The notes under the pieces: generated by a model
The model's input: the letters and a program-made list of their open reading frames with translations, nothing else
Databases searched by the model: none
What the model was told of the DNA's origin: nothing
NCBI RefSeq assembly: GCF_006345805.1
Contig: NC_043008.1
Coordinates: 2,108,001-2,172,000 of the forward strand
Direction: 5' to 3'
Length of the DNA: 64,000 nt
Source: Octopus sinensis
Taxonomy: Eukaryota
Translations under genes and position numbers: made by a program
In this document: positions 53,983 to 64,000 of the stretch, piece by piece
Numbering within the stretch: the stretch's first letter is position 1
Layout of the letters: the number at the start of each line of letters is the position of its first letter

Positions 53983-55841
53983 GCATTTGTGCATATGTTT
54001 ATGCGGATGTGCGAATGAACGTGTGTATGTATATGTGTAAGCATGTGTATCTCTAATATTCGTGTGTATCTGTATGCTTATGAAGATAGCTTGGTGATTC
54101 GCATAGTTTATAAATAGAATCATGTACTAAATCGGTGTGTATAGAAATCTTATACTACATCGATATCATGTGTCGAACTGACCGTTGGAATATCCTTATA
54201 TCGACGATATAAAAGTTAGGCATGAACAAAGGATTCAACATCGAAGCAATCGTATTCAGTCTGCCATGCAAGAGAAACAGGCACATAGACTGTAGTGTGC
54301 AGGGCTTTTGATTTTGATTTTTCCTTCGCGCAAATCTGTCTTCATACTCACGGGGGAATCTACATCATGCAGCACGGAAGTCATGAATGCTTGTTTTATT
54401 AAATATGCTTTTGGAAGTTTTCTCAGCCAATTACATATTATATTCAGTTGTGTGTTTTTTATTTAATTCTTCCGATTTAGTTACGTAACATAAGTCCCAT
54501 CATTTCGGTGATCACCTCTATAGGATGTTAGAATGGCTGCGTATCATACCTGGGGATGCATTGTTTTTTTCTGTAGGGTCATACATAGGAAGAGGCTCCG
54601 GGTTTTACAAGACAGAGAGAGAGTTACCAAATATTTCTTTATTATATTGTAAAATATGAACTCTGCTCAGGTTATTAACCTAAAATTTTCAATTAACTGT
54701 CAGATTCCTCAGATTTCTGCTCAGTTATATCACGATTCGATAAAAGAATTTTGCCAAACGTTTTCTACTCACAATAAATCAGTTTAAAAAAAATAAACGT
54801 GTATGCAGACACATATATTAAGTAATGTTTGTTTATCACACAATATTCCCAATAGACATTACAGAAAGTATTCACTAAAATACAGCTTAAAATTACCTCA
54901 TAAAATACTAAATAAATATCTTTCTAAACAAATGTGCAAAAACCTCCGTACATCTTTATGTATTATGATCATCACTTCGAAGTCGAATATGTAGAATCCG
55001 GGCCATGTCAAAGGAAATGCACTTTACGTTCTGACTTCAAATTCCGCTAAGATCGATAGAGTAAGTAACGGCTGAGCACTGGTATCGGTGTCACAGTTCC
55101 GCCTTTCAACATTTCTGTGCCAGAATCAGGATTACTTTATTTCTTACTAAATACATATGACGAAATATATACATGTCACTACGAAGTAAAGGAAGCTTAA
55201 ACAAATAGCCACAATAATTCCTTTAAATTTTGATATTAGACTTGGTTGCTAGATGTTATAACATCTTCTAGAACAGCGCGTTTGGTTCCTTGTTTTTGTT
55301 CCTTCATTCACTATTCAAAAATTTGACAAGCAGAGTTGAATGCAGTACCATGTAGTGCCATGTACGCTCCACTGCCATTAATACGATTTTCTCCTACGTT
55401 CCTTATTCTTGAAATGCTTTCCCTATGCATATTGAATTTCTCTTGTAATGGAACCATTGCCTGGAGTCATTTCGGTTTTCATTAATAATACAGGGAGAAA
55501 ATGAAGTGCGGTGAATAAAGACACATGAAAGAGAGAGCGGGCTGTAAAATACAGAATTTTAGGATAAATTATACAAATACAAATAAAGAGATTGCGTGGG
55601 AGAAAGTATCAAAGAAGATTCTTTATTCTTTTACTGACATCTGTTGATAGCAAATATTCGTTCTTTAACACATTATTATGAATAACATTTTAACCTACCA
55701 ATATTGAGTAATTTATTATTTGTTCAAATGAATGTTCGTTATCATTAAGTAAATTATAAGGGATTACTTACTCTATTATTTTGGAGGCGTTGGCAATGAA
55801 AATTTTGTATTAGTTTCTCAGAGATGGTGATAACATGTGTA

Positions 55842-55885
<44 letters not shown>

Positions 55886-56659
55886 AAACAGTAGTGCCAG
55901 TATGAAACAAGGATTGGAAAGAAGAGAGAGAGAAACAGACAGACAGACGAACAGATCGTCAAAGAAAAATATAGGGAGTAAAAAAAAAGATAACATTTTG
56001 AAGAAAACCTAACTGATAATAGGAGCAAGAAAGAAAGAGAATGTCTGCGAGAGTGACGAAAGGATGGGGGGGGGCCACATAAAATGGTCATGGCAAAAAA
56101 AAGGACATCCATGGATGGTCGAAAATATTGTGAGGCTGTGTGCTTTAGAATTTCAACAATTGTAATTCAATAGGAAATACGGAAATGGCTCACGATAAAC
56201 GTGCGTGTGTCTGTGTGTGTGCGCGTGAGTCCGTTATGGGCGTGTGTGTTTGTGTGTGCGTGCGTGCGTGTGTGTGTGTGAGTGAGTTCGTGTGTGCGTG
56301 TGTGCGCCAGCATGCATATACACATTCGGATGTTTTCAGCACTTGATCGAGTGACATCTAAATTCTCTTATACATATGGACCCGATTGGAAGTTTCGTGT
56401 CTCAGCAAAGAATTAAACCATGCTTAATCATCTAAAATCCTCTCCCAAACAAGTGAAGGTAAACTCGGTTGCAACATATATTCTATCGTCCTATTGATCA
56501 GGTCCTCGATATAATCGCTGGCCTCACCGCTTGTGCGAAATTTAGACATATTTTTGTGACTTTACATGTGTTGCAACATAAGCAATTGCTTAAGAAATAA
56601 GAAGTCTAGTTGTCTCATTACGAAATTTCCTCTCATCCTCATTGAGCCGCTTTGTATTA

Positions 56660-56822
56660 TTGGTTTGAAATTTTGGTACGAATAGGAAGTGTTTACGTCA
56701 ATTACCTCCGAAAGGATGGAGGGCGAACTAGACCTCAGCGGAATATGAACTCAGCTCGTGAAGACAAAAGAAAGCCACTAATCATTTTGCCCAGTTTGCT
56801 AAAGATTCTGCCTGCTCACTTC
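56660..56822 (-). mobile_element. SINE family B copy, antisense
   Basis: Reverse complement reads gtgagcaggcagaatctttagcaaactgggcaaaatg...gagttcatattccgctgaggtctagttcgccctccatcctttcggagg. Confidence 0.75.
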
Positions 56823-57120
56823 ATTAATCCACTTCATACTATTGTTGAATATTGGTCCACATCTTTCTTAGTCCAGAAACGAAAGATCTGCCACATCTAC
56901 ATCAAGACGTTATTGTATCTACCCCGTTGTTGAATCTATTAAATCAATTCATGAAATTCAACTATCTTTATAATTCACCAACTGACTAAAATGTAGTATA
57001 CGCTATAACACGACGTTAAACTTTTTATTCAAAATGCACAAGTATAACAAGGAATACAAGCTTTACACACTCATTTATGTGTAATTTTCTAACGTTATTT
57101 GTGATGGATTCTTAATATAA

Positions 57121-57478
57121 GCGCAGGAGTGGCTGTGTGGTAACTAGCTTGCTAACCAACCACATGGTTCCGGGTTCAGTCCCACTGCGTGGCATCTTGG
57201 GCAAGTGTCTTCTGCTATAGCCCCAGGCCGACCAATGACTTGTGAGTGGATTTGGTAGACGGAAACTGAAAGAAGCCTGTCATATATATGTATATATATA
57301 TATGTGTATGTATGTGTGTGTTTGTGTGTCGGTGTTTGTACCCCTAGCATTGCTTGACAACCGATGCTGGTGTGTTTACGTCCCCGTTACTTGCTCGATT
57401 TGCTCGCCTAAAGGCGGTACTCCAGCATGGTCGCAGTAAAATGACTGAAACAAGTAAAAGAGCAAAAAGAGTAAGAGT
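57121..57478 (+). mobile_element. SINE family A, well-preserved head, ~65-bp internal deletion in the 3' half
   Basis: gcgcaggagtggctgtgtggtaactagcttgct...ccgggttcagtcccactgcgtggcatcttgggcaagtgtc; lacks the gcggttcggcaaaagagaccgatag...gggg segment present at 15890-15950. Confidence 0.9.
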
Positions 57479-57491
57479 GTACATTTCATTT

Positions 57492-57710
57492 AAGGTGGCG
57501 AGCTGGCAGAAACGTTAGCACGCCGAGAGAAATGCTTTGTGGTATTTTGTCTGTCTTTACGTTCTGAGTTAAAATTCTGCTGAGGCTGATTTCGGCTTTC
57601 ATTCTTTCGGGTTGAGTAAATCAAATACCAGTTGAGTACTGAGGTCGATCTAATCGACTGGTTCACCTCCACAAAACTTTCGGGCCTCATGCGTAGAGTA
57701 GAAAAGAATA
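57492..57710 (+). mobile_element. SINE family B, full-length
   Basis: aaggtggcgagctggcagaaacgttagcacgccg...gttctgagttaaaattctgctgaggctgatttcggctttcattctttcggg...cgggcctcatgcgtagagtagaaaagaat. Confidence 0.85.
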
Positions 57711-58062
57711 TACTTTTCATTTCCCATTCTTTAGTTTCCATCTATTGTTGACTTCCCAAAATTGGAAAGCTTCCCTCGCATTTTGATATGTTGACAGGTG
57801 CATAGCAAAAATGATAATGTATTTCATTTTGATAGAAAGGAATGTAAATATTCATCATTAAAGTAATGTAAGAATAACAAATATGTGTTTCGTGTTTCAA
57901 CCTCAATGTGCAGGTAATGTGTAAAGTGTATCAGAACACAAATATAAATAACTCGGTCTAATGGATAAAATATTACAGATGATGTACTCTTCTGTTACGT
58001 TGGTGTATGTGTGTACGTACACACATGTATAACTGTAAGCGTATGTATACGTACACACACGC

Positions 58063-58116
<54 letters not shown>

Positions 58117-58194
58117 TATACATATACAAACACACACCCACACATATACATATACAAACACACACACACACGCACACACACACATATATATATA

Positions 58195-58236
<42 letters not shown>

Positions 58237-58240
<4 letters not shown>

Positions 58241-58601
58241 ACATATAATTTTTTTCTGTAATGAGATAAAAAAAACCAAGGTTGTGAATATTTTAGAACA
58301 TTTATAAATAGAAGGTCTTACAGCTGTTTCTATGATATTTATTAATGATATCCCTTCACTGGAGACGGTGTGAGAAGATGGTTAAGCAATAGTTAATTTA
58401 GATAAGATACGAAATAAAGAGTGAGGTGGAGGAAAGAAAATAGATGTGAGATAAGCAGGGATATTGTATTTATATTTGTAGATTAATCATTTAGTCAAAA
58501 CGGTATACATATAAGGTTCCTATACCTTATGAGTAAAATCCAGTAGTATTTAAAATTGGTAATTCCAAGTATAGTTTATACACAGTGTTATTGAATCAAG
58601 G

Positions 58602-58693
<92 letters not shown>

Positions 58694-59059
58694 ACATATA
58701 ATTTTTTTCTGTAATGAGATAAAAAAAACCAAGGTTGTGAATATTTTAGAACATTTATAAATAGAAGGTCTTACAGCTGTTTCTATGATATTTATTAATG
58801 ATATCCCTTCACTGGAGACGGTGTGAGAAGATGGTTAAGCAATAGTTAATTTAGATAAGATACGAAATAAAGAGTGAGGTGGAGGAAAGAAAATAGATGT
58901 GAGATAAGCAGGGATATTGTATTTATATTTGTAGATTAATCATTTAGTCAAAACGGTATACATATAAGGTTCCTATACCTTATGAGTAAAATCCAGTAGT
59001 ATTTAAAATTGGTAATTCCAAGTATAGTTTATACACAGTGTTATTGAATCAAGGGTTTT
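58237..59059. repeat. Exact direct tandem duplication, ~370-bp unit, period 453 bp, separated and flanked by (TA)n
   Basis: 58237-58606 and 58690-59059 look identical base for base. Confidence 0.95.
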
Positions 59060-59065
59060 ATATAT

Positions 59066-59117
<52 letters not shown>

Positions 59118-59126
59118 ATATATATA

Positions 59127-59161
<35 letters not shown>

Positions 59162-59469
59162 AGTGTGCGTGTGTATTTAAATAAGGTGTTTCATACGGAA
59201 CAATCCGTATTTTGTTCGATCATAGCAAAATTTTAAATACAATATCTGAAATTACGCAATCTCTCATTAAAGGCGTAAAATTTGCTTGAAGGGTTATTTT
59301 GCAACATTTCTACCTTGAAAATAGTAGAGTTTTGAGTTGAGATTTCAGTAGTCTTATACGGCTAAGTTCAAAACATAGAAAGTGTATTTGATTATGTACA
59401 GATGCAACTTTGGCCAGCGGAAACGAACAATATATTTACAGAAAATAATTGATTTAATATATGCATAAT

Positions 59470-59806
59470 GGGTGAACCTGTTCGATCATGAATGGCAATA
59501 GGATTGCACCTAGAAATTTCCCCTCCGAGGCACAAGTCCGGGTGAGGCTGTTTTTGAAAACCAGCAGCCGCCCATGCATACCAGCCCTCCCTCTCCACGC
59601 CACTAATGTTATCCAGCGGAAAGACAAAGGCCGATACAGCTTGACACCAGTGACGTCGCAACTCATTAGTACGCGTGAGTGCACTGGGGCAACGTGAAAT
59701 AAAGTGTCTTGCTCAAGAACACAACATACAGCCCGGTCGGGTAATCGAACTCACAGCCTCAGGATCGTAAGCTCGACGCTCTAACCGTTGGGCCATCAGC
59801 CTTCAC
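59470..59806 (-). mobile_element. SINE family C (tRNA-derived, CORE/V-like body)
   Basis: Reverse complement: gtgaaggctgaTGGCCCAACGGttagagcg (A box)...gtGAGTTCGATTAccc (B box)...tgttgtgttcttgagcaagacactttatttcacgttg. Confidence 0.85.
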
Positions 59807-61268
59807 TTGCATAATACTTTATTGCACATTACTAGTCACTGGATTACATAATGTAGAGATTTAAATTGTGACCAAACAGTATCATCTTAGCTTTTAGAAG
59901 ATTTAAATTTTCGATTCTAACTGGTAAACGGATTCTTGCTGTTTATCTCCACACTCGAAGCCTACATAAAACAGCTTCTAAGACGATTCTACCGAACTGT
60001 CCAAAGCATTTCAAAATTAAAGTTATTACAAAAGGAATCTAAAATAAATTACATAAATCCAATTCTGAAGATGTCGTCGTAGCATTATTTCATTATAGCA
60101 TTAAGATAAATGTTATTTTAGGATTTCCTTGCTTTTAATACATATAATTTGTGCAGTAGTTTTCATCGCCTCTAAGTGCTTACGAAACATATTTAAGATC
60201 AGAAATGTTCTAGCTTTGGCAATAACTTCTCTTCAGGATGAATATGTACAGGAAATGCGAACATCTTCATCCCGTATATCTTTATTAAATGCTCCACACA
60301 CGACATCGTGGTGTTTAATAAAGCGAAATGACTAAACGGATTTCGCTAGCGTCCTCTTTGTTGTAACAATACCATGTTTTTAATAAATATAATAATTTTA
60401 TCTAATTTCGTTTCATTCTCTCCAGGTCTAAATCGAAATCATAGATCTAGAGTTGACCATTGCCAAAAATAGAAGTTGTTTTAAGAAAGAGAGTAACGTA
60501 CAAACAAACTGTATTCAAAGAAACCTTAGCAGAACCCAATTTTTATATTTAGACATAAACTGGGATTATATAGTTTGTATGGTAAGAAATAAATGTATGA
60601 ATAAATAAATAAATATCGACATTCATAAATGAAGAAAAACATTTATAACAACACGTATTAAGGAGAATGAGTCTTCATGTAAGGATTATTAGATATGATT
60701 ACGGAGAAGTCAAAATCATTTTGTACAAGTTTGCAACACGCGCGTTTATTAATTTTTACAGCAATGAAATCTACATCGGTGCATTCAGTCGTATGACAGT
60801 ATAAATATATTTATGAACTGAGCTAGCAGAACTACCGTCGTTTAACTTCCCATACAAACAATACACGTAACAAGGATTTGGTTTGTGAAGTTATGAGAGA
60901 GGTTTTATATGATAACTGCTCTTTACCTACATATAAGTGACAATGTGTCCAGGTAGTTTCCAGACACAAGAACTACGTATGCATCCCTGATGCAGCGTAT
61001 CTCATAGTGCAACGGAAAAAGGCATTACGTGCAGACGAGACGTTCTATCGATCTAATTTCACAGGTAAAATAAAACCACTGAGTATGAGACTTGCCAGGT
61101 ATAATTATTGCATCGCTTGAAGGACATGTTACTTTTTGTAATGCACCCACGTTTCATTTCTATTTAGCTTATAATGGTGGAGTTCTTTGCAAAATATCGA
61201 AAATATCCGAGGGTGAAACATGAAAGGAGTTTTTTTAAAGAAAACTTATTTTTTAAGGAAACATTATT

Positions 61269-61662
61269 CTTTTACTTTCTTTTTACTTCTTTCAATCATT
61301 TCACTGCGGCCATGCTAGAGAACCGCCTTTAGTCGAACAATTCGACCCAAGGACGTATTCCTTGCAGGTCTAGTACTTATTCTATCGGTCTCTTTTGTCG
61401 AACTGCTAAGTTACGAGGATGTAAACACACCAACATCTGTTTCAAGCGATGGTGGTGTGCGACAAACACAAGCACACAAATACATGCATATATCCATACG
61501 ACAGGATTATTTCAGTTTCCGTCTACCAAATTCACTCACAAGGCTTTCGTCGGTCCGAAACTATAGTAGAAGGCTCTTGCCGAAATTGCCACGCAGTGGG
61601 ACTGAACCCGGAACAATGCCGTTGGGAAGCAAGCTTCTTGCTACAGAGCCACTGCTGCACCT
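61269..61662 (-). mobile_element. SINE family A, full-length antisense copy
   Basis: tttcactgcggccatgctagagaaccgcc...tcagtttccgtctaccaaattcactcacaagg...gcagtgggactgaacccggaac...gccactgctgcacc. Confidence 0.9.
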
Positions 61663-61926
61663 ATTTTCCCGCTTTTTAAAATAATTGAAGCATGTATAAT
61701 GATACTGAGATTGTAATTAGCACTATAAATATTGTATCACGTGATGGAAAGCATAGCTGGTTTTATGTACGTGCAAGGTAGATGTGGGAATTAACCCAGT
61801 CATTCAATTTTCCTGCCTGAGGTGTAATGCTATAATCATTTACATATTCAGTAGCATGCAAAAAGCTTTTATTTTAATTTCAATCGAATCCTATTTGTCG
61901 AGAGTTCGCTACGTTTTTCCAATGTA

Positions 61927-62482
61927 TTAAATTGTTAATTCTCCAGTTTCAACAGTTTTCGGAATTCCCAGGATTGCCTAATGAACTTCTAACGCATTCC
62001 ACTGTAGCACCTGTAGTGCTTGGACGCATTAAAACACTTTGTCATTGATGCACTAATTTAAGCGCATTTTGACAACTTAACAAATATACAATATATCCAC
62101 AATTAGCAGAGTTTTCAGATTAGTTATGTTTTAAAAGAAGTATATTGGTTATCAATTTTCATTTGCGCTGCGCTTGTGTAAGAGAAATTGTAATATTAGT
62201 GCTGAGAAAGATACGGTTAAAAGAAGGTCAAAAGTATTATAGTGGTGTCTTCTATTTTGAAGCAAAATTATAGATTTTAAAACTAAATTAATTGTTAATT
62301 CTCAAGTTTCGACATTCTTCGGAATTCCCAGGATTGCCTAATAAACTTCTAACGCATTACAGTGTAGCATCTATAATGCAATATAGATCGGTGTAATTGC
62401 TGCAGCCGTGCCAATCTCATACAAAACACATTAAAGCCCCTTGTCATTGATGCACCAATTCAAGCTCATTTTCACAACCTAA
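61927..62482. repeat. Diverged direct repeat (about 61927-62080 and 62285-62480)
   Basis: Shared core ttgttaattctc.agtttc.aca..ttcggaattcccaggattgcctaat.aacttctaacgcatt.ca.tgtagca...ttgtcattgatgcac; the first copy lacks ~50 bp. Confidence 0.85.
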
Positions 62483-64000
62483 CCTAATTCTACACTAAGA
62501 ATAACACACATACCAGGAGAAATGTCAATAAAGGTCAGGGACATATATTTTCCCAAAAGAGTTGACGCGATATTGTCGGACAAAATAACGCAGCCTAAAA
62601 CAATATCATATTGTATATTATATCTATATGTATATTATATCTATATGTATATTATATCTATATAAAAAAAGATTTTCGTGGTCAAATTTATCCCATATAA
62701 TCTAGATGAAGAACTCTTAAAATTCATATGCGTAATCTCTTTTTGGACGTTGCCTGCAGTTATGTACGCAAAGCAACAGTAAATTCTAATATCAAATACC
62801 AAACAGATGAAGACATATTTTCATCCTTCAATCATCAAATCTTCTAGATTTGGTAGATGTGAACGTCTCTTCCCAAATATGTGGACTCAGGCTCATTTCC
62901 ATATACTTCTAGTTATATGTGTTTTTATGTGTGTATTTGAGTACGCCTTTGTGTCCTCGGTGCAGGAATATATATGCGTGTGTTTATGAATGCCAATACA
63001 TGTAAGTAGAATTAATATTTGCTTTCAAATAATGCACATTTCAGATTGCACTCATTTTAATTAATCTTATATAGAATCATACTGCACCTCAATAAATGAT
63101 GTTATAGACCTCCATCATCAGTCAAATTTGTATTGTTTCCATAAATATCTGATTTCATTTACGATTCATTCCCACACTCCCGACAGGCATGACAGCTGAA
63201 TGTCTATATACTTCAATAGTAGAATTTTACCAGAATATATCCATTGGTGATAGGTTATTGAATTAAATTCTTCTAAAAAATTCATCGTTCACCTTTCCCA
63301 TTATAATCACTTTTTTCAATAATTTTTAAGACATATGTATATGTGTACGTGTATAATTACACCCAAACACACACTCTCTCTCTCTCACACACATACACAT
63401 TTGCTCATATACACATGTATGTGATTATGTGTACAAACATAAACAAGTCATACTTGCTGACACACATCAGTTGACTAAATTCTGTTACTTCCCAGCAATG
63501 CGTAGTCATGTTCTTGCTTCCAGTCTTTTATTTTACATTCAAACTCTAACATCTGCCTGTCAACATCATCTGATTTAACTTGTTATCTAACATGTACAGT
63601 CGCAATTTGTCTACTAATTAGATATGACATGACAAACGATGAATTTACACAATCATTTATTCTTCAATAATTTCTTCTTTCATGCAATAGTTTACTGCAG
63701 CAATACATGATATATGATATATAGAATAATATCTATATTGAGACGCTACGTTCATATTTAGAAACATATTTATTTCTTGTCACATTTTATAATTCTATTT
63801 TAATAATATTTTCGCTATCTATTTTAGTTAGAATTTACTCTGCTGTATTTCAGTGTATCTGTGTATCTATATATATTATCCTTAAGCCATATTATTTAAA
63901 TTTTATTTATTCCTTTGAAGATATATGAATCGGAAACTGTTGGACAATGTAAGTGATCGTAATTGTACCATTACCAATAAACCATAAATTTTCATAAACG

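Noticed and set aside
59720-59806. tRNA-like sequence with good A and B boxes (also the heads at 15601, 38114, 57121 and 57492)
   Set aside because: No complete cloverleaf or acceptor stem, and each continues into a SINE body, so these are SINE heads rather than tRNA genes.

Overview
This is AT-rich, microsatellite-saturated eukaryotic DNA. The SINE families, R4/Dong LINE ends and compound (TA)n/(AAT)n/(GAA)n arrays match what I know of coleoid cephalopod genomes, most likely Octopus (inference; no search run). I found no intact, recognisable protein-coding gene, rRNA, tRNA or CRISPR array, so the window reads as intergenic or large-intron sequence. Nearly all ORFs in the track are translations of simple repeats. 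Supported content: (i) three tRNA-derived SINE families in many copies; (ii) decayed Penelope-like retroelements of apparently different lineages at about 5.8-6.9, 19.7-20.6 and 41.2-42.0 kb, recognised from RT and GIY-YIG motifs, plus hammerhead-like remnants; (iii) R4/Dong-type LINE relics, one embedded in (TAA)n; (iv) a dead ~1.2 kb mariner with both TIRs, and a related 5' fragment; (v) two exact tandem duplications bounded by (TA)n; (vi) repeat-free CpG-rich islands at about 21, 24 and 29.5 kb and a few short candidate minus-strand exons that may belong to an unrecognised host gene. I could not demonstrate a new biological system. The best leads are the 45.2 kb hairpin with hammerhead-like covariation, the 21 kb island, the out-of-order Penelope fragments, and a Kozak-initiated poly-Glu ORF built from a microsatellite.
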